Shown in pieces: positions 34,839-44,558 of a stretch of DNA of 64,000 nt; position 1 is the stretch's first letter, and each line of letters begins with the position of its first letter. The notes beneath the pieces were generated by a model that did no database searches, was not told the origin of the DNA, and was given only the letters and a program-made list of their open reading frames with translations. Source of the DNA: Bdellovibrio sp. (GTDB taxonomy: Bacteria > Bdellovibrionota > Bdellovibrionia > Bdellovibrionales > Bdellovibrionaceae); assembly GCA_036677065.1 (NCBI GenBank), contig JAKFBS010000003.1, positions 416,001-480,000 of the forward strand, read 5' to 3'. The position numbers and the translations under genes are program-made.

Positions 34839-35330
34839 ATGAGTTTATTAAGTCAATTAGCTCCAAAAGAAGGTTCTACTCACTACCGCAAACGCGTTGG
34901 TCGCGGTATCGGTTCTGGTATCGGTGGAACTTCTGCTAAAGGTCACAAAGGCCAATTAGCACGTACTGGTGGTAAAGTTCGTCGTGGTTTCGAGGGTGGT
35001 CAAACTCCTTTATCTCGTCGTTTACCTAAATTCGGTTTCACAAACGCTCAGTTTGCTACGAAATACGAAGAGGTTACTTTAGCAGCATTAAATAAAGTAG
35101 ATGGTATCGTTGATGCAGCTGCGCTTTACAAAGCCGGTTTAATCAAGAAAAATTCTAAGTTCAAGGTTTTAGCTAAAGGCGAACTTAAAAAAGCTATCAC
35201 TTTGAAAGCTAATTTTATTAGCAAATCAGCACAGGCAGCAATCGAAAAACTTGGCGGTAAAGTTGAGTTAATCGCAGCAAAAGCTACTTGGGCTAGACCA
35301 GCTAAAGTAAAAAAAGCTAAAAAGAAATAG
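34839..35330 (+). CDS. rplO: 50S ribosomal protein L15 with basic C-terminal tail
   Basis: RVGRGIGSG, GFEGGQTPL.RRLPKFGF. Confidence 0.98.
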   Translation: MSLLSQLAPKEGSTHYRKRVGRGIGSGIGGTSAKGHKGQLARTGGKVRRGFEGGQTPLSRRLPKFGFTNAQFATKYEEVTLAALNKVDGIVDAAALYKAGLIKKNSKFKVLAKGELKKAITLKANFISKSAQAAIEKLGGKVELIAAKATWARPAKVKKAKKK

Positions 35331-35438
35331 TTAATTGGGGCTAAGATAGATTTTAGTCCCAAACAGTTCTACCAAAGAATTTAGACCCGAGAGGGTCTAT
35401 TCTTGTGTTAGAACTATATAAACGAAAGAGGCAGAAGA

Positions 35439-36764
35439 GTGGCTCAGCAAGTGAACGACAACAAAGGTGCAAATACTTTAAGATCGAAAATCCTATTTAC
35501 ATTATTCTGTTTGGCGATTTACAGAATCGGTGTGCACATTCCAACTCCTGGAGTAGATGGCAACGCGGTTTCTGAATTTTTCAACTCTCAAAATCGTGGA
35601 ATTTTCGGCTTATTCAATACTTTCACTGGTGGTGCGTTAGCGCAGTTCTCAATCTTTGCATTGGGAATCATGCCTTACATCTCTGCTTCTATCATTTTCC
35701 AATTATTAACGTCGGCAATCCCTCACTTAGAAGCTCTTAAAAAAGAGGGCGAATCTGGACGTAAAAAAATCACGCAATACACTAAATATGCGACTATCGT
35801 GTTAGCAATTATTCAAGGTTACGGGATGAGCACATGGCTTTCTAGCCAAAGCTTACCTGATGGCCGTATGTTAATTACGGGCGGTATGTTAGGTATTTAC
35901 TACTTTAAATTTATCACGATCACAACACTAGTTGCCGGTACTTCATTTGTAATGTGGCTAGGCGATCAAATCTCTGAGCGTGGAATCGGTAATGGTACTT
36001 CATTGATTATCTTTACTGGTATCGCAGCCGGTATTCCTGCGGGCGCACAACAACTTCTTCAATTAGTAAAATCTGGCGAATTACAATTCATTGTGGGTAT
36101 TTTATTATTAGCATTCATGGTAGCAACAATCTTTGCTGTTATTTATATGGAAGTAGCTCAACGTCGTATTACTATTCAGTACTCTCAGCGTTTAGCGAAT
36201 GGCGGTATGACTTCAGCAGCGACAAGCCATTTACCTGTGAAAATTAACTTTCCTGGTGTTATTCCTCCGATTTTTGCATCTTCATTATTAATGTTCCCAT
36301 CGACATTGGCGCAGTTCACTAATGTCGCGTGGATCAAAGCCATGTCTGAATCAATCAATCCAAATGGGATCGTATTCAACATTATCTTTGTCGCATTAAT
36401 TATTTTCTTCTCATTTTTCTATACTGACATCGTTTTCAATGCTGACGAAGTTTCTGAAAACTTGAAAAAAACTGGTGCCTTTGTTCCTGGTATCCGTGCG
36501 GGCAAATCTACAGCTGATTTTATTCGCTACGTATTGGATCGTATTAACGTATTGGGTTGTTTCTACCTTTGCGTAATTTGCGTTCTTCCAGGTTTGTTAG
36601 TGCAAACGATGGGTATCCCGTTCCAATTCGGTGGTACTAGCTTGCTGATCCTTGTGGGTGTTGCTATTGATACATCTCAACAAATTCAGTCGCACTTATT
36701 GACTCAAAAATATGATTCATTTCTTAAGGGTACAAAAATCCGTAGCAGAAGGGTTCAATTCTAA
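35439..36764 (+). CDS. secY: Preprotein translocase subunit SecY
   Basis: SIFALGIMPYISASII, GIGNG.SLII, FVPGIRAG, FGGTSLLI. Confidence 0.99.
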   Translation: MAQQVNDNKGANTLRSKILFTLFCLAIYRIGVHIPTPGVDGNAVSEFFNSQNRGIFGLFNTFTGGALAQFSIFALGIMPYISASIIFQLLTSAIPHLEALKKEGESGRKKITQYTKYATIVLAIIQGYGMSTWLSSQSLPDGRMLITGGMLGIYYFKFITITTLVAGTSFVMWLGDQISERGIGNGTSLIIFTGIAAGIPAGAQQLLQLVKSGELQFIVGILLLAFMVATIFAVIYMEVAQRRITIQYSQRLANGGMTSAATSHLPVKINFPGVIPPIFASSLLMFPSTLAQFTNVAWIKAMSESINPNGIVFNIIFVALIIFFSFFYTDIVFNADEVSENLKKTGAFVPGIRAGKSTADFIRYVLDRINVLGCFYLCVICVLPGLLVQTMGIPFQFGGTSLLILVGVAIDTSQQIQSHLLTQKYDSFLKGTKIRSRRVQF

Positions 36765-37405
36765 TGAACGTTCTGTTCATTGGAGCCCCGGGCTCAGGTA
36801 AAGGGACTCAATCGCGCGAGCTGATCGAGAAGTTTGGCTTCTTGCAGCTAAGCACTGGAGACCTTTTACGTGGTGCTATTAAGAATAAAACTGATTTGGG
36901 TTTAAAAGCTCAGGGTTTTATGGACGCCGGTAAGCTGGTTCCAGATGAATTGATGTTAGGTTTAGTCAGTGACTACCTAACGACTAACAAAGGGAAATCG
37001 ATCATTTTTGACGGTTATCCTAGAACAGTAGTGCAAGCACAGAGCTTAGGCCATTTGCTTGAATCTACCGGTTCTAAAATTGATAAAGTTTTTTATTTTA
37101 AGATCAACCCTCAGATCTTAATCGATCGCTTAACAGGGCGTCGCACTTGTGCAAATTGCGGAGAGATTTACCATATTCATACTAAACCCTCGAAAGCGGG
37201 TGATAAATGTGAAAAATGCGGTGGTGATCTAGTGCACAGAAAAGACGACCATGCTGAAGTGATCTCGGAGCGGCTCAAACAATTTGAAGATAATACAGGC
37301 CCTACAATAGAGTACTATTTTAAGGCAGGTAATATGGTGAATATCGATGGCGATCAAGCACCAGAAAAAGTCTTCAACGAAATTAAAAAGACACTGATGC
37401 TTTAA
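36764..37405 (+). CDS. adk: Adenylate kinase (Cys-type LID)
   Basis: GAPGSGKGT, STGDLLR, FDGYPRT, CANC/CEKC. Confidence 0.97.
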   Translation: MNVLFIGAPGSGKGTQSRELIEKFGFLQLSTGDLLRGAIKNKTDLGLKAQGFMDAGKLVPDELMLGLVSDYLTTNKGKSIIFDGYPRTVVQAQSLGHLLESTGSKIDKVFYFKINPQILIDRLTGRRTCANCGEIYHIHTKPSKAGDKCEKCGGDLVHRKDDHAEVISERLKQFEDNTGPTIEYYFKAGNMVNIDGDQAPEKVFNEIKKTLML

Positions 37406-37579
37406 GGGCTAAATCCGGATCACCCCGGGGATGGTTTCTTGATGAAAAAAGTGGCTCAAACTTGTTTGAGCATAGGTAAGACTAGTGCATTCAGCACAAT
37501 GTCAAATTTATGCTAGACATAACAATCTTTAATGTTATAACAATCTCTTTTTAAAGAGTTTTGTTATTGTGAGGAACGT

Positions 37580-37693
37580 ATGAAAGTTAGACCTTCGGTC
37601 AAAAAAATTTGTAACAAATGTAAAGTAATTAAACGTAAAGGCGTTATCAGAGTTATCTGTGAGAACGCTAAACACAAACAGAGACAGGGGTAA
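37580..37693 (+). CDS. rpmJ: 50S ribosomal protein L36 (Zn-ribbon form); not in ORF track
   Basis: Hand translation [44 protein letters not shown]. Confidence 0.97.
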   Translation: MKVRPSVKKICNKCKVIKRKGVIRVICENAKHKQRQG

Positions 37694-37699
37694 TAGAAC

Positions 37700-38074
37700 A
37701 TGGCTCGTTTAATGGGTATCGATTTACCAAGAAATAAACGCGTTGAAGTGGCATTGACTTATATCTTCGGTATTGGTCGTCCTCGCGCAAAATCTATCTG
37801 CTCTCAAGTGGGAATTCCATCTACTCTTCGTACAGATGCTTTAACTGATGAACACATTGCAGGAATGCGTGCGTTGATCGAAGCAAACTTCAAAGTAGAA
37901 GGTGATTTACGTCGTGATATCGGTCAAGCGATCAAACGTTTAACTGATATCAACTGCTACCGTGGTGTAAGACACAGAAAAGGTCTTCCAGTACGTGGTC
38001 AAAATACGCGTTCAAATGCGAGAACACGTAAAGGACCTAAGAAAACTGTCGCTAACAAGAAAAAAGCAGTCTAG
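37700..38074 (+). CDS. rpsM: 30S ribosomal protein S13
   Basis: [24 protein letters not shown]. Confidence 0.99.
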   Translation: MARLMGIDLPRNKRVEVALTYIFGIGRPRAKSICSQVGIPSTLRTDALTDEHIAGMRALIEANFKVEGDLRRDIGQAIKRLTDINCYRGVRHRKGLPVRGQNTRSNARTRKGPKKTVANKKKAV

Positions 38075-38087
38075 GTAGGATGAAATA

Positions 38088-38492
38088 ATGGCTACACCAC
38101 AAGAAAATAAAGATAAAAAAGTAACTAAGAAAAAAGTTAAAAAGAATATTGTTACAGGTCACTGTCACATCAATGCAGGTTTCGGTAATGTGATTATCAC
38201 TTTTACTGATCCAGGTGGCGATACAGTTTCTTGGTCATCAGCTGGTCACATGGGTTTCAAAGGATCTCGTAAAGGGACTCCATTCGCAGCTCAAGTAACT
38301 TGTGAAGACGCTGCTAAAAAAGCGATGGAACAAGGTATGAAATCAGTAGACGTATTTTTAACTGGCCCGGGTGCAGGTCGTGAACCAGCTATCCGTGCAT
38401 TAGCAGGAACAGGGATGAGAGTAATGTCCCTTAAAGACGTAACGCCAGTACCTCATAACGGCTGCCGTCCTCCTAAACGTAGAAGAATATAA
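38088..38492 (+). CDS. rpsK: 30S ribosomal protein S11
   Basis: [30 protein letters not shown]. Confidence 0.99.
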   Translation: MATPQENKDKKVTKKKVKKNIVTGHCHINAGFGNVIITFTDPGGDTVSWSSAGHMGFKGSRKGTPFAAQVTCEDAAKKAMEQGMKSVDVFLTGPGAGREPAIRALAGTGMRVMSLKDVTPVPHNGCRPPKRRRI

Positions 38493-38504
38493 TCGGAGTA
38501 ATGT

Positions 38505-39131
38505 ATGAGTTGTGTAAATAGTTCTGTATGTAGATTATGCCGTCGAGAAAATACTAAGTTATTCTTAAAAGGTGACAGATGTTTTACTGACAAATGTGCT
38601 TTTGAAAGAAGACCATATCCTCCGGGACAACATGGTCAATCAAGACTTAAATTTTCTGAGTACGCATTACAATTAAGAGAAAAACAAAAAGCAAAACGTT
38701 ATTATGGTCTTTCTGAAAAACAATTCAGAAAATACTTCCATAGCGCTGACGCATCTAAAGGTATCACTGGTACTGAGTTACTAAGACTTTTAGAGCTAAG
38801 ACTAGATAACGTTGTGTATACCCTTGGGTATGCTAATTCTAGAAGAGAAGCGAGACAATTGATCGGTCACAATCACTTCTTGATTAACGGTAAACGTGTA
38901 AATATCGCGTCTTACATCGTTAAAAAAGGTGATGTTGTTGAAGTTGCTCAAGCATCTAGAGAAGTTACTAAAGTTCAGGCTGGTATCCAGGCTGTAGCTC
39001 GCAGAACTATCCCTAGCTGGTTAGAAGCTGATCACGCATCTTTCAAAGGAACAATCAAAGACGTTCCTGCAAGAGATGAAATTTCAATTCCAGTAGAAGA
39101 AAGCATGATCGTTGAGTACTACTCACGATAA
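38505..39131 (+). CDS. rpsD: 30S ribosomal protein S4 (Cys/Zn form)
   Basis: CRLCRRE...RC...KC, PGQHG, LELRLDNVV, IVEYYSR. Confidence 0.99.
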   Translation: MSCVNSSVCRLCRRENTKLFLKGDRCFTDKCAFERRPYPPGQHGQSRLKFSEYALQLREKQKAKRYYGLSEKQFRKYFHSADASKGITGTELLRLLELRLDNVVYTLGYANSRREARQLIGHNHFLINGKRVNIASYIVKKGDVVEVAQASREVTKVQAGIQAVARRTIPSWLEADHASFKGTIKDVPARDEISIPVEESMIVEYYSR

Positions 39132-39146
39132 TAAAGGGGTTTAAGG

Positions 39147-40175
39147 ATGCAAGAACATTATTTTAAATTTTGGAGAGAGCTAATTAAGCCTAAAGGTTTC
39201 GAGATCGAAAGAGACACTCAGACTTCTGAGTACTCTAAGTTCATCGTTAAACCTCTTGAAAGAGGCTTTGGTGTTACTCTTGGAAATTCTTTAAGAAGAA
39301 TTTTATTAAGCTCTATGATGGGATCTGCGGTAACTGCTGTAAAACTTGATGGAGTTTTACATGAGTTCTCTACGATGCCAGATGTTTTAGAAGATGTTTC
39401 AGACATCATCTTGAACCTTAAACAAGTTCGTTTCAGACAGCACACTGCTGAGACGTACACACTACGTATTAACAAAAAAGGTCCAGGCGTTGTAACGGCT
39501 GCGGATATCGTAACTAACGATAAAATCGAAGTTTTGAATCCATATCAGCACATTGCTACTCTTGGTAATAACGGATCTTTCTCTGCTGAATTAGTTGTGG
39601 CTTACGGCCGCGGTTATTCTCCAGTTGAAAACAGAAGTGAACAAATGGCAGTTGGCTACATCGCCGTAGATGCTCTTCACTCTCCAATCCGTAAAGTTAA
39701 CTACGCAGTTTCAAATGCTCGTGTTGGTCAACGTACTGATTACGATGCATTAACTTTAGAAGTATGGACTGATGGTTCTATTAAGGCAGATGAAGCAGTT
39801 TCTTTAGCTTCAAAAATCTTAAAAGAACAATTACAAATCTTCTTAACTTTCGATGAATCTTTAGAGCCATCTGATGAAATTAAATCAATGGGTTCTTCTT
39901 CATTGAACGAAAACTTATTCAGATCAGTTGATGATCTTGAGTTAAGTGTTCGTTCTGCAAACTGTCTGAAAAACGCTAACATCCGTTACATCGGTGAATT
40001 AGTTGTTCGTTCAGAGGCGGAAATGCTTAAAACTAAAAACTTCGGCCGTAAATCTTTAAATGAAATTAAAGAGATCTTGGTTGAAATGGGCTTAGGTTTA
40101 GGGATGAAAATCGAGGGATGGCCACCTCCAGGATGGGATCCAAATGTTCCACCTCCTGCAAAACGTGAATCGTAA
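39147..40175 (+). CDS. rpoA: DNA-directed RNA polymerase alpha subunit
   Basis: [34 protein letters not shown]. Confidence 0.99.
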   Translation: MQEHYFKFWRELIKPKGFEIERDTQTSEYSKFIVKPLERGFGVTLGNSLRRILLSSMMGSAVTAVKLDGVLHEFSTMPDVLEDVSDIILNLKQVRFRQHTAETYTLRINKKGPGVVTAADIVTNDKIEVLNPYQHIATLGNNGSFSAELVVAYGRGYSPVENRSEQMAVGYIAVDALHSPIRKVNYAVSNARVGQRTDYDALTLEVWTDGSIKADEAVSLASKILKEQLQIFLTFDESLEPSDEIKSMGSSSLNENLFRSVDDLELSVRSANCLKNANIRYIGELVVRSEAEMLKTKNFGRKSLNEIKEILVEMGLGLGMKIEGWPPPGWDPNVPPPAKRES

Positions 40176-40194
40176 TTAGTAAGGGAATAAAAAA

Positions 40195-40761
40195 ATGGCA
40201 TCACATCGTCGTTTAGTAAAACATTTTAGTCGTAAATCTGGTCCTCGTAAGGCTTTAATCAGAGGCCTTATGAATTCTTTAGTCGAGCACGGTCGTATCA
40301 AAACTACTGTTACTCGCGCTAAAGAAGTTAGAAGACACATTGAAAAAGCAGTTACTCTTGGTAAAAAAGATAACTTAAATTCAATCCGTCTTTTAATCTC
40401 TCGCTTAGCTAGCCAAGACGCAGCTCTTGCTATCGTGAAAAACATCGCTCCACGCTTTAAAGATCGTGATGGCGGTTATACTCGCGTTATCAAAATCGGT
40501 CGTCGTCCTGGTGACACTGCTGAGATGGCTTTCTTAGAATTCGTAGATTACGATTTCAAGACTGCTAAAGCTACTGCACCAGCTGCAAAAGCAACGAAAG
40601 CTACAAAAGCTGCTAAAGGCGCTAAAGCTGCTGATAAAACAGTAGAAAAAGCGGCAAGCAAAGCTAAAAAAGCTTCTGCAATTGCAGTTAAAACACTGAA
40701 AAAATCAGTGCGCAAAATGCAAAACAAATCTCGTCAAGCTTCTCAAGCTCTTAACCGCTAG
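40195..40761 (+). CDS. rplQ: 50S ribosomal protein L17 with Lys/Ala-rich C-terminal extension
   Basis: [22 protein letters not shown]; about 65 aa K/A/T tail. Confidence 0.97.
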   Translation: MASHRRLVKHFSRKSGPRKALIRGLMNSLVEHGRIKTTVTRAKEVRRHIEKAVTLGKKDNLNSIRLLISRLASQDAALAIVKNIAPRFKDRDGGYTRVIKIGRRPGDTAEMAFLEFVDYDFKTAKATAPAAKATKATKAAKGAKAADKTVEKAASKAKKASAIAVKTLKKSVRKMQNKSRQASQALNR

Positions 40762-40822
40762 GTTAGAAGCTAAACAGCTAGATAGTTTTGTCGCAATAGA
40801 ACAAAATAGTTTCAAAGCTAAT

Positions 40823-40855
40823 AAAAGCCCTGGAGAAATCCGGGGCTTTTTTTTT
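40823..40855 (+). terminator. Intrinsic terminator ending the alpha operon
   Basis: AAAAGCCCTGGA-GAAA-TCCGGGGCTTTT plus T run. Confidence 0.85.
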
Positions 40856-40976
40856 GTTTTGGGCTCCTGCCCAAAACCCCTTTGGGGCTGCCGCGAAAAA
40901 ATAGCATCCTGCTATTTTTTTATCCCAAAGCTTGGTAGCGTTGAGTTCGCCTAAGGCGAATAAAGGTTTGATTGTT

Positions 40977-41567
40977 ATGAAAGCTAAATTGTTAATTTTA
41001 TTTTTTGTTCTAGCGATTGTTGGTACTGCTAGTGTGTTCTATCTTAAGAACTATTACTTCTATACGACCACCGCTGAAAAGATTGAAGATACGCAAGTGA
41101 CGATTGATCAAACCATGGGGTTGATTTCCGAAGAGCGTGAGAAGTTTCAGACTTACGAAGGTAAAGTGATCTCGGCTGAACGGTTACCGCTGATGCCGGA
41201 TACGACAAAGACTGACAAATTGATTCTGCATTTTTGGGCTTCATGGTGTGATCCGTGTATTAATGAAATTCCTGAGCTTATTGCGTATCTAAAGCATCAT
41301 GGCGACGCGATCAAGGCGGGGTCTATCAAAGTAGTCCTTGTATCAGTTGATTACGAGGTTGAGGCTATTGAGAAGTTTTTAAAGAGCTTTCCTGATTTAA
41401 ATGCGCCCATCTATCTACAGCTGTGGGATCCAGAAGGATATTTACAGAAGAGTTTTAATATCGACAGATTGCCTTCGACCATTATCGTGCATAAAAATCC
41501 GATTGATGGAAAAGGCAAGCTTGTTGAGCGTTATATGGCTGTCGTTAACTGGAAGCAGATGCCTTAG
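40977..41567 (+). CDS. Membrane-anchored TlpA/ResA-like thiol-disulfide oxidoreductase
   Basis: N-terminal TM, HFWASWCDPC...EIP, cis-Pro LPST; ATG 40977. Confidence 0.88.
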   Translation: MKAKLLILFFVLAIVGTASVFYLKNYYFYTTTAEKIEDTQVTIDQTMGLISEEREKFQTYEGKVISAERLPLMPDTTKTDKLILHFWASWCDPCINEIPELIAYLKHHGDAIKAGSIKVVLVSVDYEVEAIEKFLKSFPDLNAPIYLQLWDPEGYLQKSFNIDRLPSTIIVHKNPIDGKGKLVERYMAVVNWKQMP

Positions 41568-41765
41568 TTGTAATTAGAAAAAAACGAGATTGATAAAATC
41601 ATCAAAGAAAAAAGAATTAGTGATCTTGAGCTGCTTTGATGACTTATATAGAAAATTTGCCAACGAAAATTCAGAACATGGATACAATAATATTTAAATA
41701 GTGCTTCAGGTATTTCTATATGCTTTGTTATATCTGCAATATCATAGCTTTATTCTGATGTTAGT

Positions 41766-41779
41766 ATGACTTATGTCAT
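41766..41779. promoter_or_regulatory. Crp/Fnr-type box 1, upstream of the oxidoreductase operon
   Basis: (T)ATGAC-TTAT-GTCAT(A); centre 41.5 bp upstream of ATG 41814. Confidence 0.7.
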
Positions 41780-41813
41780 ATCTAAATCATAATAGGTCGA
41801 CAAAAATAGAAGC

Positions 41814-43637
41814 ATGTCTGTTAGTGTAAACAACTTTTCAATAAAAATAGCGACTGTCAATGGCAGTGGCTCACAAACTTCGAATCAAATTTTGCTTAAA
41901 TCTTTATTTCGAGCAGGAATACCTGTAGGCGCAAAAAATATTTTTCCTTCTAATATTCAAGGTATGCCGACGTGGTATTATTTACGGGCTTCTGAAGCGG
42001 GGTATACCGGCTTACAGCTTAAAGCCGATATTACAGTAGCTTTGAATGATCAAACATTGATCGACGATCATCAGAATGCTCAGGCAGGCAGTGTTTTTAT
42101 TTTTGATAGCAAAAGTAAAAATACATTCGCTGCAAGTCGCGATGATTTGTTTTATATTTCAGTTCCTTTTTCTGAATTGGCGGGGCAGGCGTCTGAACAA
42201 GTTAAATACAAAAAATATTTAGTTAATTCTGTTTATGTCGGAGTTGTCTCTGAGTTGTTGAGAATGCCTTCTAATCTTGTGGAGGAAACGTTAACAGAAT
42301 TCTTTTTAAAGAATGAAAATGTGCTACGGCAAAATCGTAATGCATTTAGTCTTGGTGTTAAATTCGTTAGAGAAAAACTTTCGGACATTCAACTTCCTGT
42401 CAAAATTGTGCCGACACAGAAAAATTCAAATCAAATGCTAATTGACGGCAATACAGCGGCAGCATTAGGTATGCTCTATGGTGGGGCTACGTTTGCATCA
42501 TGGTATCCGATAACTCCGTCAACGTCTCTGATGGAAAGTTTTGAAAAATTTTGTCAGAAGTATCGAATTTCAGATGATGGTAAAAATAATTTTTCCGTGA
42601 TACAGGCTGAAGATGAACTATCAAGTATTTGTATGACCTTGGGTGCCGGTTGGAATGGGGCAAGGTCTTTCACGGCCACATCTGGTCCGGGACTTAGTTT
42701 GATGCACGAAGCAGCTGGGTACGCTTATTATGCCGAAATTCCTTGTGTAATTTGGAACGTTCAACGCGCAGGTCCTTCGACAGGCATGCCGACGCGAAGT
42801 GCGCAGGGAGACATTTCTGCAGCCTACTATTCGTCACATGGGGATACGCATTTTCCACTTCTATTGCCTGGTCATCCAGAAGAGTGTTTTGAATTTGCAC
42901 AACTGGCGTTGGATATTGCTGAAGGTTTGCAGACACTGGTTTATGTGTTGTCTGATTTAGATATAGGAATGAATATCTGGAGAACTAATCAATTTAGGTT
43001 TTCTGATCAACGATTTAACCGGGGTAAAGTTTTAACATCCGAAAACTTGGAACAAATGGCACTTCAAGGTCAGCGTTACCAACGCTACTTTAGTGCAGAG
43101 AGTGATGGCGTCGCAGCACGAGCGTTGCCAGGAACAAGACACCCTGATGCGGCCTATTTAACCCGTGGATCTGGTCATAATATAAAAGGTGTCTATACAG
43201 AAAATGGGAATGAATATATCGAGGTCGTTGATCGTTTAGAAAAGAAATGGCAGCAGTCGGTATTGGTTTTGCCAGAACCAGTCATTCAAGATCAAGGGTT
43301 TGACGTAGGAATAGTCTGTTACGGATCGGCTACTGAAATTCTGCTAGAAACTATTCAGCTACTTTCGGAAAAAAATATTCATTGTGATTATTTACGAATT
43401 CGGTCATTGCCATTTCATAGCAAGGTCAAAGAGTACATCCAGCTAAAAAAAATGGTTTATGTTTTAGACTTGAATCAAAGCGGTCAGGTTTTTGATCTAT
43501 TGAAGGTACATTATCCAGAGTATTGGCAAAGATTTAATTCTGTTAAGCATTATTCTGGAATACCCATGCAGGCTACAGAATTAGCGAACCGCATTGCCGA
43601 GAGCGAAAATAAAAATAAGGGAGCAGATAATGAGTAA
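41814..43637 (+). CDS. 2-oxoacid:ferredoxin oxidoreductase subunit alpha (gamma-alpha fusion)
   Basis: ATVNGSGS, WYPITPSTS, QAEDEL, TATSGPG, QRAGPSTGMPT. Confidence 0.92.
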   Translation: MSVSVNNFSIKIATVNGSGSQTSNQILLKSLFRAGIPVGAKNIFPSNIQGMPTWYYLRASEAGYTGLQLKADITVALNDQTLIDDHQNAQAGSVFIFDSKSKNTFAASRDDLFYISVPFSELAGQASEQVKYKKYLVNSVYVGVVSELLRMPSNLVEETLTEFFLKNENVLRQNRNAFSLGVKFVREKLSDIQLPVKIVPTQKNSNQMLIDGNTAAALGMLYGGATFASWYPITPSTSLMESFEKFCQKYRISDDGKNNFSVIQAEDELSSICMTLGAGWNGARSFTATSGPGLSLMHEAAGYAYYAEIPCVIWNVQRAGPSTGMPTRSAQGDISAAYYSSHGDTHFPLLLPGHPEECFEFAQLALDIAEGLQTLVYVLSDLDIGMNIWRTNQFRFSDQRFNRGKVLTSENLEQMALQGQRYQRYFSAESDGVAARALPGTRHPDAAYLTRGSGHNIKGVYTENGNEYIEVVDRLEKKWQQSVLVLPEPVIQDQGFDVGIVCYGSATEILLETIQLLSEKNIHCDYLRIRSLPFHSKVKEYIQLKKMVYVLDLNQSGQVFDLLKVHYPEYWQRFNSVKHYSGIPMQATELANRIAESENKNKGADNE

Positions 43638-44547
43638 TTCTTCTCTGACTCGCGCTGATTACACAGGCGGAAAGTCAACGCTTTGCACGGGGTGCGGCCA
43701 TGATCAAATCACACAAAATATTATTTCAGCTTTCTTTGAACTTGGCATTGACCCTTACGATGTTATTAAGACTTCGGGCATTGGGTGTTCGTCAAAACTT
43801 CCGGGATACTTTATGTCAAAATCGCAGGGCATAAACTCAATGCACGGTCGTATGGCGCCAATAGCAACGGGAGCCCATGTTGCTAACACAAATCCAATCT
43901 ATATCGGCATTAGTGGCGACGGTGATTCAGCCAGTATTGGTTTGGGTGGATTTGCCCATTTAATTCGTCGTAATATAAAAATGATTTACATCGTGGCTAA
44001 TAATGGTGTCTACGGATTAACCAAAGGACAATTTTCACCAACTGCGGATAAAAAATCGATCTTAAAATCGGGTCGAAAAAACTTTTATGAAGGTATTGAT
44101 ATATGCTCTTTTGCGCTTGAAATGGGTTGTGATTTTGTCGCTCGCACAGGGTCGTCAAATACAAAGTTGACTGTGAATATTTTAAAACAAGCAATTCAAC
44201 ATGCGGGCACTGCTATCATTGATATTGTTTCGCCGTGTATTACTTTTAATAATCACGAGGGTTCAACAAAAAGTTACGATTATCTTAAAGAGCAAAATTT
44301 GCCGCTAGAAGAAGTGATACATAGTTTACCTGCATATGATGCCAAAGATAAAAGGTTGGCGGTGCGTCTTTTAGCCGAAGCAAAAGAGAAAGAAAAAATT
44401 CTAACAGGGCTCCTTTATAGGAATGAAAATTCAGAGCCATTTCATCAACATACAAATTTAACAGCTACGCCGCTGCGTGAGCTCAATGAACAACAGCTAC
44501 GTCCGTCAATCACAGATTTACAGAAACTTATTCAATCATTCACATAA
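43630..44547 (+). CDS. 2-oxoacid:ferredoxin oxidoreductase subunit beta (TPP-binding)
   Basis: LCTGCGH, SGIGCSS, HGR, SGDGD...NNGVYGLTKGQ, SPCITFN; ATG 43630 after AAGGGAG. Confidence 0.92.
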   Translation: MSNSSLTRADYTGGKSTLCTGCGHDQITQNIISAFFELGIDPYDVIKTSGIGCSSKLPGYFMSKSQGINSMHGRMAPIATGAHVANTNPIYIGISGDGDSASIGLGGFAHLIRRNIKMIYIVANNGVYGLTKGQFSPTADKKSILKSGRKNFYEGIDICSFALEMGCDFVARTGSSNTKLTVNILKQAIQHAGTAIIDIVSPCITFNNHEGSTKSYDYLKEQNLPLEEVIHSLPAYDAKDKRLAVRLLAEAKEKEKILTGLLYRNENSEPFHQHTNLTATPLRELNEQQLRPSITDLQKLIQSFT

Positions 44548-44558
44548 CAAAGGAATAT

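Noticed and set aside
35335..35405. Two hairpins between rplO and secY
   Set aside because: No strong U tract; plausible processing or attenuation structures but nothing to distinguish them from ordinary intergenic stems.
41590..41605. TTGAT-AAAATC-ATCAA as a canonical FNR box
   Set aside because: Spacer is 6, not 4, and it lies over 200 bp from the next start with no matching -10 geometry.
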